From Mayamaea pseudoterrestris (taxonomy: Eukaryota): a stretch of 64,000 nucleotides of DNA. A program made the translations under genes and the position numbers. The stretch's first letter is position 1, and the number at the start of each line of letters is the position of its first letter. This document shows, piece after piece, positions 36,056-48,559 of the stretch. The stretch is taken from contig BROI01000006.1 of assembly GCA_027923505.1 (NCBI GenBank), forward strand, positions 1,054,001-1,118,000. The letters are read 5' to 3'. Below the pieces are notes generated by a model. It was not told the DNA's origin. It saw only the letters and a list, made by a program, of their open reading frames with translations, and did not search any database.

Positions 36056-37886
36056 CTACTCTTGGCGCATGAGCTGGGCAATCTCAGCATCCTCGGCAGC
36101 CCACCGAGCCAACGTCGCCTCCTTCTCCGCGGTCGAATCCTTCAGCTCGGCACGACGCATAACAAGATGGCTGTTGATGGTAACAGCACGAGCTGTAAGA
36201 TCAAGGACTGTTTCTTCAAATGCTTCAGTCTCGTCGTCAAGATCGCGTACGAGTTGCATGAATGCTTCATAGTCGCGGTCAAACTGCGCCATTGCTTCCG
36301 AACCATCATTTTCGCCAACGTTGTATTCGGGCTCGTCAAGTGGAGGCCGTTCGGCGACAAAGTCGACATCGTCGTCCTCCTCTCGCTCGTCCTCGCCAGT
36401 CGTCTTGAAAGTGTTCATGTCGGTCGTGTATGAATCCATGGTGACATCTTCGCCCGCTCCTTTGAAACTATACGTCTTGGAAGCATTCATTGATTCCGCA
36501 AAGCTTACGTGCTTATTAGCCGCAGCACCAGTGAGTCCTTCACCAGTTGTCGCAGGAGTTACGAGGGGCGGCTTGTTGGACTTGAAGTTGTTGGCGCGAG
36601 GAGTCTTGGCGGCGTCAGAAGCAAGGTTGAAGGGGAAATTAGTTGGAGGCCCCTTGAGCGAGCCTGTGTTCGCAAACGTGCCCGCTGAAACGGTAAAATT
36701 GTCGTGAGGAGCCATTGGCTGCGTAGTAGCAGCGGCAGCGAAAGGCGTATGATTCATGGTGGACGTTCCAGTCTTGGTAAAATTAGGACCGCGAGAGACC
36801 TGCACCGAACGTTTTTCAAACGAGCCGTCGCGAGCCAAAGCGCCGTGTCGAGTAGCAGCAGACTGACCAGGAGTCACAAATGGCTGCGGTTGTAATGGCT
36901 TTGCCGCGCAAGGCGTCGTCGCTGTAAACGTTCCAGCTGCAGTCGCCTTGGTGAGGAATCGCATGGTAGGCGCCGTCGTGGTTGCACCCGCGCCACGTTG
37001 AATTGGAGGGGGCTGTTCGTTTATGACGCCGGACGAAACTCCTATGGAGGCATTCAGTCGGCGAGGATAAAGGTCTTCAAATGCCTTTGGCTTTGACATG
37101 GTCGGGTCGGAGGCGCGCCTCTTGGATTGATTTGGTGCTCCAACAGCTCCAAAGCGAGCAGGCTGCATCGCGTTTCCCGAGGGCGCCATGGTGTTTTGAA
37201 TCGTGTCAAGCTTGCTCGTCGTCGTCAAGGTAGTTTTCTGCTGCTGCTGCTGCTGCTGTCGCTCGGGCGGCATGGCGGTCTGGAGCGCAGTCTTGTTGCT
37301 TGATGGCCCGCCAGCCATCGACACATTACGGCTAGTATTTGGAAATCCAATCTCAGCCGGAGCTCCTTGCTTCGACCCCGCTACCGTTGTGGATCCTAAG
37401 CGATCTTGGGGACTTGATGTCGCTGGCTGCTGCTGGTAAATTTGCTGCATTGGGACGGCGCCAGCGGAGATTTTCGCACCCTGCTCGCGGCGCTTGAAAA
37501 GGCCCGCACCGATACTTTCGGCGCCTGCCGCCGGCTTCTCAGACTGCACTTGGATAGAAGCCTGATAAATAAGGAGTAGTTAGGAAGATTCAAGACGATT
37601 AGGTCAATGTACTTGTAATAATTGCACGAGGCGGGCCATGGACGAGTCATGCCATTACGCTTACCGAGTCATTATCGATTGGCTTGTCCGCAATTTCAAA
37701 GTCGTCCTCCATAAAGTCATCACGAAACGGCCGAGCACCAAAGACGTCATCCTCGCCGCCGTCGTAGAACGAATCAGGATTGCTGTCTCCATTCATTGTC
37801 GCGCTTGCATCATGCGGCTGGTGCTCGACGACCGTTTCGTCCGAGCTCTTGGAGGGCTTGTCATTCAAGGAGAATAACCCAGTCAT
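36056..37886 (-). CDS. Hypothetical low-complexity protein with a C-terminal coiled coil; intron 37562-37664
   Basis: ATG 37886; TCG|GTAAGC donor and ATCAG|GCT acceptor join it in frame to the 497-aa ORF. Confidence 0.65.
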
Positions 37887-38215
37887 GATTTCAAATGATA
37901 AAGTCTTGTAGCAAGAGACGTCGAGCACAGTGATGGACTGATTTGATGATGGTCTGGAGAAAGAGCAAGACTACGATGAGGAGGAGCAACATGAATGATG
38001 GTTGCCTCGATGGATGTTGCATTGTGCGGGAAGCGCAATGCACCATCGCGAAGATGCAGGCGCGGCCGGCGCGCAACCCCGCGCTACCAATGACGTATCG
38101 TAGCGGTTATCGCCTCCATCCGACGATGAATGGAACGAGGTCAGGCAAGGTCCTTGCCGATGGTCCATCTACTACTCCATACTCCATACAAGTTGCATAC
38201 AATCACAAAGCTTCA

Positions 38216-41200
38216 ATGTCATCACCATTTAGAAGCGAACGACTGCAGCAATCACCGAGTCAAAGGTTTGTCGCGCTCGCGTCGACGACGTCTCGACGAC
38301 TGCAGCAATCGATTCAACAACGACGGCCCAACAACGATATCAATCCTCCTTCACCAACAGTGCTTGACAAGGAACCATTTGACGTTTACTCATTGCTACG
38401 ATCCCTTTATCAATTAAATCAAGATGAAATGTCATGCCATCAAGTCGAGGAACGTGCTCATGGTCATCATGATCCAGCTGGTATAGCCAATAATCCACTG
38501 TCGTCCCCATCATCCTATCTTCCGATCCATCAGACAGATTGGATGCTCGATGGCCGCGATGAATGGAAGCACGACTATCTGGAATCCTTGCGTCTTCAAA
38601 ATGAACTACAAAAGAGTAGCAGTTTGCTACATTCCTTGCTAGAGCAGGAGAATCCTTCGATTGATGATTTGCAAGTGATGGAAATTCTGATTGACAATGA
38701 TGAAAGTGATGACAGCTCATCATGCGACGGCAGCAGTTGCGACGAAAATGGCTCAATGGATAATGAGGCAGACTTTGGAGACTTTCAATCCGCATTTCAG
38801 GCAGATTTGGAGAAAGAAGGCAGCGTCCACGTCAGTAAAAATTTGACGCAAGCCATGGAGCTCCAACTTGCGACGACTCTGACCGGCACGGAGGAATATC
38901 AAGTGATACATCAGTTGCCACGACATGATATATTTCCAGAAAGCGAGTTGTCAACGTCAACGAATGGTTTACTGGATCGGGTCGATGCGTTGCTGCATAA
39001 ATCTGCCGATTGGAATGGTTCACCATCTCGACCTTTTTCCTCCATGAAACAAACGCCAAATTCTCCCGACACGTTTCGATTGATGGAGCAGACGGAACTT
39101 GTTCTTCAAACTGCCAAGCGTAGCAAAACGTGTTTTCGCACGTCCAATGAATGCAGCAATTCACCCAGCGAGGAAAAGAAGCAGGATGATGCACCTCTCG
39201 ATTTCAGCATAAGTCAAACGTCTCAGCGTCAACCTAATACGGCTGGGTTGGACGATGACTTCGTCCATGGCCATGCCACAATACACGCGGCAGCTCCTAT
39301 TGACATTGACAGCATAGAGTCAGCCTCTGTAACGAGCAACGGTGCGATCAACGATGGCTCGGACGGCGTGCCGAACACAAGGCCCATGACGGAAATACAA
39401 TTTCTTAAACCTACCTGTGGCAAGCCTCCGCTCCACTTGACGACTCCTACACCATCAATTACACACAATATACTGCATACCACTGATTCGAGTTGCAACT
39501 ATAGTCCAACCGTAGATCCACATCGACAAATGCACATCTCCGAAACGGAAGAGTCCATTCCACTTTCCCTCCAGCTACCAATGCAAGACATGTCTACCGC
39601 AGCTGGGCGATTTATTCGACGCCAGCAACTTGCTTTACAACAAGAAGAAAGTGCATTAGAGAACGATAATGAGTCGGGAGACGTGGCCAAATCCCTAACT
39701 GCCATTGACCAGTTCGATATCCCTCTCTACTTTTTTCAACCTCCCAACTCCGAGTCGCAAGCTAGGTTGCTTGGTACGTTGCCTTGGCACTTTTTGCATG
39801 AACACATGGGTGAGCAGGGCTTTGCCACGTGGGACGAGTACATGGTGGAGAAACTTTCCGTCTTTGATAGTGCGCTGGAACAAGTGCATGCCCACATTTT
39901 GAATGACATTGGTCCACATGAGACTGACGTTCGCCACGCCAACGAGCTTGTCCACGACTTGGAGCAAAACCTGCAGCTTTCGCTCATGTACAGCGAACGA
40001 TCGAGGCGAGCCATCGAGCTGGCGTGGGGCGATGGAGTGAGCGGCGCAGGTCTAATGGTGCACGCGGCGTTGTTGCCGTGGTGGGAGGAGCGTAGCCGCG
40101 CGCAGGAACTGGACGTGCTTTTGTTAAGAGTCAGCGATATTTTGAAGAAGGAACAAGAATTACTGCAACGCATCGACACTTTCAATGTTCATGAGACCCA
40201 TGCGATGGATGAATATCTTGCAGTAATGAGTTCAGCGAGCGAAGTCCAGTCCTTGCTATGTCAGGGTACGATCGAACGCTTGACGTGCATGGACGAATCA
40301 AGGTTACGTCTTTCAACGATTCGTTTCCGATTTTGGAATCGCCTTTTGCTTCTGACAGAGTCTTTAGTGGCTAAATTCTGTCGAACGGGCATTTTCGATT
40401 GGGACGAGTATGCTCGCCTTCTTCAAATCGCTATCAACCTGCATGCGAGTACTTTCACTGATGCCCACAAGGCGCATCTGGCTGAGAAATGGTCACAATG
40501 TATCATTCGTGCATTGTGCAATGAGTCAGACAGAGCGTTGGCGACGGCACTTTTAGAACCATCGGGAGCACAACCTACTCAGTTTACTGACGAGCTGGCG
40601 CGTCTGAGACATGAAATAGATCGACATCTGGGCGACAAGACGGAACTAAAGTCTATCACGCACAACCTCGTATCAATAAGATTCCATTTGGAACTCGACC
40701 AAAACTACTTGCCTAGGGTAATATGTCGACTGCTGGAGAAATTGACAAACATATTCTATGTTCACCATTTGTTTGAACGGTTTCACGATGATTCGCCGAA
40801 CAAGAAAACTACCCAGATGCCTGATATATTGACAATTCGGCGCGAAGCTAAAGCTGTTTATGGACGCCTCTCAAAATCAAGGAATACAGTAGCCAACAGT
40901 TGTCAAAATGTCATCATTCGCTGCCTTGACGAGTACAGCAAGTTTGCTGGACAGCCTGACCTATTCCAACGCAGCGCGCCAGAAACAAGCGACAATATAT
41001 GGAAACAAGACCTGACGAGTCTACATCAATGTCTTTGTCTCTCATCCCGGTATGTTGCTATTGAAAACGAATTTATCGGAAATGTACAGTCAACGTCGCA
41101 TGATAAGCATGCCGTTTGCGAAAAGCTCGCCCATCTCTTTCGCCACCATCTCGAATGCGTGCACGCTGAAGCTATGACATCGATGGGACGCATGCTTGCA

Positions 41201-42859
41201 AGAGAGACATGGATGCTGTCTGAATTTGCGTCCGATAAACGGAATGAATCGATGCCTGGAAATCCACAGAAAACGGTTGAATCGCTTCTTCGAGACGCTT
41301 TAGAGAAAGAATGTATGAGTGACACATCTTGGCAAAACACCAGTTTCAATGTTCCGTGCGAATTTATTTTGAATTACCCGATTATCGGCAACCCATTTAG
41401 CAAGGCATTTGAAGATGTCATCGCAGCTTGTTCATCTAAGATTGAAACGAAATGTCGCAATTGCCGAGCACTGTCGCCGTCACCTGTGTATCTAGAATTA
41501 GTGCGAGTTTTTGCCACGGATTCCACATTATTTTTTGTTGCTCCGACAAGCACCATTTTTGAACTCACTAAATGGTGCAGCCGGTTGTTGACAACTATAC
41601 AGATGCTGCCTCTACTCGCAGCCGACGTTTCGGTGGTGGCTGAGAACATACTTGATCTCTTCTTCACGACGGTCTTTCGCTTTTGTTGTGGGTCTGCAAA
41701 GAATGAAAAGTTATTGCTTGCCATTGTACCGCCAAGCGACATCCATATCCCCCCAGCTGATGCACTTCCGCATATCGCGGCGCCTGTCGAGTCGCCACTG
41801 TTTAGTCCTTTTCGCAAGACAGCCATGAGTTATGCAAACAGTCCGCCGAGGCGTCATACAGTGAATGTCTCGGCTCAAGTCGAAGCTGAAATGACGACAC
41901 CTCTGAGGCATGAATTAGCTGACGTTGTTAAGCTCCAGCATTTTATCACGCGCGCACATGACCGCCTGCAGGGTTTCGTGAATCTTGATAAGGTTGGCTC
42001 GTGGCTCTCGTATCCGCCTCAATGCAGTCAGTCGATTGAAGAGCACGCTTGCAATTTGGCTCAGATTCTCTTACGACGCGTATCTGCGCTTTGGAGTTGT
42101 TTCATCGCTGCTGCGCTTGCCGATGCTTTTCGATGCGCTGCGCATGACCGCATTCTTTCTTCTTCTTGTGAACTTGCGACTAACAGCTGTCTGCTGCCCC
42201 TGGTGACATATGTTACTGATGCGTTGCAAGTGATGCCCACTCTTGTTTCTCTCGGCACCAGATTCTCGTGCTTGTGCGCAATCGGAGGTAATCGCGTCGT
42301 AACGCAAATACTCGAAGTCGGCACTACTTGGGAAGGTTCTAGCTTTAAAGAAAGCGCCAATGAGTATGTTGAGGAGCTTAGTGAACGGTGTGCACTGCTG
42401 TGGGGCTACTTGTCGATATCCGGGAAGTTGCCTCTCCCATTGCTGAACCCTATGTGGGAGCAGCTGCTGTCAGCAGCATACTCCTCGCTTCTTGAAGGCT
42501 TTGCGCGAATCCCATTTTGTTCTACCGAAGGACGCGCTCTTATGACGCTTGACCTGGCGTCACTGTCTGCAGGAACTGCAACGGAGTCGGTGGCAGCGAC
42601 GCTTGAAAAAAGTTCGCTGGAAACACAGCTACCTCCCTTGGTTGACGCTAATCGATTTATGGAACATATTGGAATGTACATTAAAGTGTATTACTTTCCT
42701 GTGGAAGAAGCCATGGATTGGATTAAAAAGAATTGCACAAAATACCCATTGAACCACATGCTTGCACTGATTGTGGCAACGGCGGGGCCGGGAGTCGATA
42801 CGAGGGTCCTGGTCAATCGTGTTCGAGAGTTTGGCTTGGGCAGTGAGGCGGAGCAATAA
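38216..42859 (+). CDS. VPS50: VPS50/syndetin-like EARP tethering subunit
   Basis: C-terminal LLEGFARIPFCSTEGRALMTLDL...YIKVYY and MLARETW. The start is uncertain because the ORF is open from 37943. Confidence 0.8.
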   Translation: MSSPFRSERLQQSPSQRFVALASTTSRRLQQSIQQRRPNNDINPPSPTVLDKEPFDVYSLLRSLYQLNQDEMSCHQVEERAHGHHDPAGIANNPLSSPSSYLPIHQTDWMLDGRDEWKHDYLESLRLQNELQKSSSLLHSLLEQENPSIDDLQVMEILIDNDESDDSSSCDGSSCDENGSMDNEADFGDFQSAFQADLEKEGSVHVSKNLTQAMELQLATTLTGTEEYQVIHQLPRHDIFPESELSTSTNGLLDRVDALLHKSADWNGSPSRPFSSMKQTPNSPDTFRLMEQTELVLQTAKRSKTCFRTSNECSNSPSEEKKQDDAPLDFSISQTSQRQPNTAGLDDDFVHGHATIHAAAPIDIDSIESASVTSNGAINDGSDGVPNTRPMTEIQFLKPTCGKPPLHLTTPTPSITHNILHTTDSSCNYSPTVDPHRQMHISETEESIPLSLQLPMQDMSTAAGRFIRRQQLALQQEESALENDNESGDVAKSLTAIDQFDIPLYFFQPPNSESQARLLGTLPWHFLHEHMGEQGFATWDEYMVEKLSVFDSALEQVHAHILNDIGPHETDVRHANELVHDLEQNLQLSLMYSERSRRAIELAWGDGVSGAGLMVHAALLPWWEERSRAQELDVLLLRVSDILKKEQELLQRIDTFNVHETHAMDEYLAVMSSASEVQSLLCQGTIERLTCMDESRLRLSTIRFRFWNRLLLLTESLVAKFCRTGIFDWDEYARLLQIAINLHASTFTDAHKAHLAEKWSQCIIRALCNESDRALATALLEPSGAQPTQFTDELARLRHEIDRHLGDKTELKSITHNLVSIRFHLELDQNYLPRVICRLLEKLTNIFYVHHLFERFHDDSPNKKTTQMPDILTIRREAKAVYGRLSKSRNTVANSCQNVIIRCLDEYSKFAGQPDLFQRSAPETSDNIWKQDLTSLHQCLCLSSRYVAIENEFIGNVQSTSHDKHAVCEKLAHLFRHHLECVHAEAMTSMGRMLARETWMLSEFASDKRNESMPGNPQKTVESLLRDALEKECMSDTSWQNTSFNVPCEFILNYPIIGNPFSKAFEDVIAACSSKIETKCRNCRALSPSPVYLELVRVFATDSTLFFVAPTSTIFELTKWCSRLLTTIQMLPLLAADVSVVAENILDLFFTTVFRFCCGSAKNEKLLLAIVPPSDIHIPPADALPHIAAPVESPLFSPFRKTAMSYANSPPRRHTVNVSAQVEAEMTTPLRHELADVVKLQHFITRAHDRLQGFVNLDKVGSWLSYPPQCSQSIEEHACNLAQILLRRVSALWSCFIAAALADAFRCAAHDRILSSSCELATNSCLLPLVTYVTDALQVMPTLVSLGTRFSCLCAIGGNRVVTQILEVGTTWEGSSFKESANEYVEELSERCALLWGYLSISGKLPLPLLNPMWEQLLSAAYSSLLEGFARIPFCSTEGRALMTLDLASLSAGTATESVAATLEKSSLETQLPPLVDANRFMEHIGMYIKVYYFPVEEAMDWIKKNCTKYPLNHMLALIVATAGPGVDTRVLVNRVREFGLGSEAEQ

Positions 42860-43021
42860 TTTAAGTGAGTTCTTATGCATAAACGAAGGATACCGTTGCG
42901 GAGCTAGATCCGGAGATAAATACATAGTAGTTGTCACAAACAAATGATTTAGTACGCTACTTATTCATGATTGTTCACTGACAGAGCCAGACCACAGGGA
43001 TCGGCTAATCTTCCGGCCAAC

Positions 43022-43761
43022 TTAACCGAAGAAGATGAATGGCTTGCCGTCGAGCTGCTCATGAACCATGCAGCCGAGGATTCCCATCATGGCGGCGCGA
43101 CCCTGGTTCAACTCCTTGGCGCGGAGCTCCAACTGCTCCTCTGGGCTCTCGTCTCCGAGGAAGCCAACTGGGAAGCTGGAGGCAGAGAAATCGCCTGGGA
43201 AGGAGCCAGCGGCCTGTTTCCATCCGGCAACTTCCAAAGCACCGCAAAAGGCGAGGATTTGAAGAAGTCCGGCGGTGGGGACCTTGAAAACAGCCTCATG
43301 ACCACCTGGAACATCGGCAAAGGCAATGCCCTCGCTGGTGGAGAGCATACCTGGGAGGCGGACACCCGACCAGGTGGTGAGGTATCCAAGGAACGCAAGC
43401 TGCGAAACACGTCCATGCTTGAGCTCGACTCCTCTCAAGCGGTCGAACTTGGCCTGGTCACCATCAGCAACAAGTCCAAGGGGATCGAAAAATCCAAGCG
43501 GGGCCTATAGTTCGGAATGAATGAGCAGCGCGTTAGCACATAGGTTTATTTTCGCCAATGAACAAAATTTATGATCGACCGTAGACCATTGCAATGAGAC
43601 CGTCTGTCAAGATGCAGTCTACAAGAGGCGCCATTTCAATACCTTACCTGGGCTCCGAGTTCGCCCTCAAACGCCTTGACAGACGTGCTGGAGGCCTGCT
43701 GGGAGGCAGGGGCAAAGGCAGCGGCCGAAGCGACGAGGGAGGCGGCAATGATGGTCTTCAT
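43022..43761 (-). CDS. Lhcf: Fucoxanthin-chlorophyll a/c light-harvesting protein (Lhcf type); intron 43505-43647
   Basis: MKTIIAASLVASAAAFAP presequence, ELGAQ|APLGFFDPLG, ELKHGRVSQLA, ELNQGRAAMMG. Confidence 0.96.
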
Positions 43762-44129
43762 GTTGGATACTACAAGCTTCTCGATCAAGAATTTGTGTGT
43801 CTTTGTTGTGCATCTTGGCCTGGTGTCACGAGGCGGCCCCCAACCGCCACGGGACCACGTCCGCTCAAGATCCGCTTCAAGAAAATCTGGTGCGCAAGAT
43901 TTGCTTCAATAATCGGGTTACTTCGAATTCGAATGAATTCCTTTCCGTTCCGCCATTGATACTGTGACATTATGACGTTTGGTGTAATTTAGCTATCGAT
44001 AGGAGAACAGTAGCAGTGGCAGTGGCGAGTGGGTGCACGAATTGGTTTTTGCTAGCTATGATATGATCATACAGATACAACTAGAATAAATCAATTTTAC
44101 GGCTTTTTAACGCTCCCGCATGATAACTT

Positions 44130-45476
44130 TTACTTGGATCGCTTGTAAATCTTTTGCAGAAACAAGTCAAAGACTTGTCGAGGAACCAGTGTGACCGTCT
44201 CCAGGTGCGTTTGAATCTGGGCATAACTTTGCTCCTCGTACTCGTGAAAGGTTCTTTCCAACTCCAATTCCTTGTAGAGCTGCTTGACTCGCCCGACACA
44301 AGCATCGTCCCATTTGCCGTAATTGTCTTGGAGGATCTTCTTTTGCGCTGGCGACGCTTTTTGCAAGGCCTGCACCACCAACCAGCTGCATTTGTTATCT
44401 TGAATGTCAGTGCCAACCTTCCCAATGACTTGAGGATCGCCATAGCAGTCCAAGTAGTCGTCCTGCACCTGAAAGTACTCGCCCATGAGCAGGCAAATCT
44501 TGTTGGCCAAGTCGTAGGCCTTTTTATCGCGAATGCCAGCAAGAATCATGCCCATGGCCACGGGCAAGTAAAAGGAATAGTAGGCAGTCTTGTACTTAAC
44601 AATGAGACGGTATCGCTGCAGGGTGAAGCGATCCAAGTCAATCTGCTTGTTGGACTTGTCGCTCGTGGCATCCATGGGTTGACTCGTCAGGTCAAGCAAC
44701 TGTCCAATCTCAGTCTTTTGAACAACATCCAGCATGAGCGCCACCAAATCTCCATAGTAACGTTCGTTTCCAAAATGAAGCTTGATAATTCCAAAAACAA
44801 AGCTTTCCAACAAGAATGAGTCGTTAATGGCAATCATTTTAACCTTTGGTAGCTTGTACCAGCAAGGCTGTCCACGACGCGTCACTGACTCGTCCATGAC
44901 ATCATCCGCTACAAGGAAAAAAGCTTGCAGAAACTCAATCGCCCATCCCAAAACTGCAGCCTTCGCATGTACTAGTGGCGAAAGTGGTTTCTTGAGAATG
45001 GCCGAGAGAACCGTTGGTACCATGGTTCCTCGATTCAACTTTCCACCCGGAACATTGTAATCCATCATGTTTGCGCACCATTCAGTAGTTTCTGTTGGCA
45101 TTTCATCGACGCTTGATAGTTGTTGTAGCATTTGTTGCTTGAGTAACGGATAGACGGCGAGAAACTTGTCCTTGTCGGTTGCGGCAGCTTGAATGGCTTG
45201 GAGCGGATAGGGAATGCTGCTTCCGCTGCTTGCCGACGGCGACTTGAATGCATTTAGAAGCAAGTCTCCATTATGACTCGTCGATACGGCAGCAAAGATG
45301 ATGGAGAAGAGAATGGTCAAGACAGAGACTTGCTCGACCAGACTATAGCTGAAAAATGCGGCTGCCATGTCATTGAGTCGGTGCGTCACTTGAAAGGCAG
45401 CAGCCGAAAGAAGAATCACTGGAATTCCAATCGATTGAATCGCGACGGGAACAGCAACTGCAGTTTGGGATGCCAT
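44130..45476 (-). CDS. FDPS: Farnesyl diphosphate synthase with a hydrophobic N-terminal extension
   Basis: GGKLNRG, FFLVADDVMD (first aspartate-rich motif), TRRGQPCWY, GQLLD, KTAYYSF, QVQDDYLD, C-terminal KIYKRSK. Confidence 0.95.
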   Translation of the reverse strand: MASQTAVAVPVAIQSIGIPVILLSAAAFQVTHRLNDMAAAFFSYSLVEQVSVLTILFSIIFAAVSTSHNGDLLLNAFKSPSASSGSSIPYPLQAIQAAATDKDKFLAVYPLLKQQMLQQLSSVDEMPTETTEWCANMMDYNVPGGKLNRGTMVPTVLSAILKKPLSPLVHAKAAVLGWAIEFLQAFFLVADDVMDESVTRRGQPCWYKLPKVKMIAINDSFLLESFVFGIIKLHFGNERYYGDLVALMLDVVQKTEIGQLLDLTSQPMDATSDKSNKQIDLDRFTLQRYRLIVKYKTAYYSFYLPVAMGMILAGIRDKKAYDLANKICLLMGEYFQVQDDYLDCYGDPQVIGKVGTDIQDNKCSWLVVQALQKASPAQKKILQDNYGKWDDACVGRVKQLYKELELERTFHEYEEQSYAQIQTHLETVTLVPRQVFDLFLQKIYKRSK

Positions 45477-45682
45477 GGCTACTGTATGAAGGAGTCAAAG
45501 CGACGAGCAGAAGAGAGAACAAAGGTGCAAACGAATGAGCGAGAGGCACGGCGTGAGCAATGCTTTGGTCCAATGGTCCAAGCAAAAATCGGACGGCGCG
45601 CGTTAAATCGGATGGCGCGCGCAAATTGGTCTGCCAATGCGCGCTCTGATTGGCTAATCGACATCATCACTGAGGTACGGAC

Positions 45683-45758
45683 AAATCAAAGTTATTGGCA
45701 CTATAGGACGAAGTGTAGTACCAAAAACTTTGAAAATCAAAGTTATTGGTCACTGTAG
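45683..45758. repeat. Partial copy of the CCAATAACTTTGA palindromic dispersed repeat
   Basis: AAATCAAAGTTATTGG occurs twice; TTGAAAATCAAAGTTATTGGTCACTGTAG is identical to ~50712-50740. Confidence 0.85.
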
Positions 45759-46208
45759 AAATTAGTGTACAAGTCGGACCGGTTCCCCATACACCATCAG
45801 TTTCGTCGACATCGACCATGGCGCCAACCGGTGCTGCCAATGTAAACTACCCAGCAGCTACTTCTTCATATTACTGTTAGAAAAAGATATATACCGGTAT
45901 GTCTTGCACCGGATGAGGTTGGCAAACGAATGCAATCCAGTGGAGAGGTTTTCCGTTGTTGAGTAACGCACGGACATCGTCAAGCGACGGTTTCTTCGAG
46001 GACGGAGGAACATCGAACATTGCACCGACGCACCAAAACTATTCATACCGACCCGACAGCAGCTTGCAAGCAGCGTATCTTGTTCGTCGTCATAGAGCCG
46101 TGGAGCTTATCAGTCGTTTGGTGAGCTGCGAGGAACTTACTGTTATCGGGAATCGGACTTGTTTCTGCCGATTGTCCATTCGCTTCAGCAATCAGTCGAC
46201 ACATCATT

Positions 46209-48272
46209 ATGACAGATTTCAATCACTACTCCACGCAGCAATACCCAGATCAATTGCCTCGGCAGCGAAGGAGAATATCCCAACTACAGCCGGATAAGGA
46301 TATTGTGTCTGCTGAACAGAATGGAACAGCCAGTGCCAATGGCTCCGGCAATATTCGTCGAGTCAAGCGTCGTCAAAGCGATCCACTCGTCGCCAAAATA
46401 AAACACGCATTTGCAGTGATTCGCTGTCGACAACACTACGTTTGGATATTTATCTATCTTGTCATCGTCTTGAAACTTTTATCAAACCTATATTGGGGAC
46501 GCTCATCACCAAGATCCTCGCGCATCACGCGACTAGCGACACCGAGCCCCGACGGCTCCTCGTCTACTGCAACAATTCACAGATCCATTGCTTCCATCAA
46601 GGCTCCCACCAAGGATTCATTCTCCCAATCACGTGCAAGTGCTGCTGCATCTTCCATACGACTCCCAAAGGGGCATTTGTACAGCGACCCCATTCCCGAT
46701 TTTGCACATTTGGATTTTTACAGTCTCAAGTACTTGCCGGAATCAAGCTTCTTTCGCTACATTCACCAGCAAGAATCTGCCTGGCACGAGGAGGAAAGGC
46801 ATCATCAGCTTGCTGCCATTGACGACCCAAATTTGGACGAGGAGCATGAAGCTTTCGTCGACTTGGACTATCCGCAACCAGATTGCCACCGACTAAAGTG
46901 GGCCGACGATTCCCACCCAACATGTCAGCACTTCCACGAATTCGTTGTCTTGGACCGCGATCCCGATCGAGACCGTTTGCAATCCTATTCACGTCGATAT
47001 TTAGCGCATGGATACTTTCGCGATGCGTGGCTATTGGAGCCGACGGAACATTCGCATACTCACACTAGCACCATGGTGCTCAAAACTCTTCGGATCGAAC
47101 GAGACTTTAACGTTGCAATTGTCGCCAATATTAACAAGGAGGCTCTCATTATGGAGCGCATGTCAGCCTCACCCCGCATAATGAACATTTACGGACACTG
47201 CTTTACGAGTATGTTGGTGGAGCATGGCTATGAGATTTCACAGCGCATGGTGCAAGGCGTCGAATATAAGGACCGCGGACGAGTCACGCAGGAGGAGCTT
47301 GATCTGGAGGAGAAGGACGGTGTCAAGCCTCGAAACAACTTTACGGTGGAAGAGAAGTTGGAGATTGCTCTCGCCATGGCGGAAGGAGTTGCCGAGTTGC
47401 ATGGTACGTTTTTGTGAATGAATTGACTATGCGATCTTGCTTGCGCGAATGCTCCACTAATCGATGCTTATTCCTTTTCTTGTTTGGCAGGCCATCCAGA
47501 AGGAGTTATTCTTAACGACGATGTACATCCTGACCAATGGCTGATCACACCCGATGGTTTAGTCAAGTTTAATGACTTTAGTACGTACTCTTCTGTGTGT
47601 GAACTTTCGACAAATACGAATTAAATTTTTACGAATCATCTTCGCCTTTCAGACAATGCACACATTATGACTTGGAATACCAAAAACAGTACATACTGCA
47701 AATACTCTATATGGATTGGTGGCGATTACAGGAGCCCAGAGGAAATGGATGGGGACCCAATCGATGACAAGTCGGACGTTTGGCCGATAGGCGCCAACCT
47801 TTTTGTCCTCTTGTCAGGCCTCTATCCATACTACTCGATACGAGAGACTAAATTGATTGAAAGAACCATTGCAAATGGAACGCGGCCATTTCTTGATCCC
47901 CGGTACAGGGAGCGCAGCGCGATCGAAGGTGGCATGTTTGATATCATGCAGCAGTGCTTTGAGGTCGACCCAGAGAAGCGAGTCGACATATTCTCAGTGG
48001 TACACCATCTCCGCCAATTGAAAACCTTGATTGCAACGAAGCAGTCTCACAAGATTCACAAGAAATACAAGGCGCACCAAGTGAATCCTGTTATGCGTGA
48101 CCTCGTCAAGCGTATCATTTTCGCCGAGAAGATGAAGCTGCGGCAAAAGGAGGCATACTTGCAATCACACGGCAATCTCGAAGGATTTGAAGTTGTATCC
48201 TATGGCGAGTACGGCGGTGATAATGACGATGGGTCGGAGGGTGACGATGCGGGTGGGGACGACGGTGAATAA
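46209..48272 (+). CDS. Type II membrane protein kinase-like (PKDCC/POMK-like); introns 47404-47490 and 47581-47652
   Basis: TM YVWIFIYLVIVLKLL; LAHGYFRDAW, VLKTL, EALIMERM, spliced ILNDDVHPDQW and KFNDFNNA, YRSPEE, KSDVW. Confidence 0.85.
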
Positions 48273-48559
48273 GGTGGCTACATGACAGTTTTTTGGATTA
48301 TGCGGCAGTGCCTACCATCGTTGATGTTTTTGAATCGGCAAGTCATTCATTGCGCTGTACCAAGGCGACGATCAAGGCCACGTGATGGTTCCGCCTGTAT
48401 TGAGTTGTTTGTTTGTCACTCTTGCTGCGCATGCACCAGACTCACTTACTACACGAAGCTTGTTGGTAAACATAATTTAAACCTGACTATATACAATGAA
48501 AGTTGTTTGCTTGACTGTGAATTATAGATGTTAGCCGCTCTTGTATAAAATTACGTGTT

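Noticed and set aside
42971..44819. Long antisense ORFs opposite Lhcf and FPPS
   Set aside because: Shadow frames caused by the codon bias of the real minus-strand genes.
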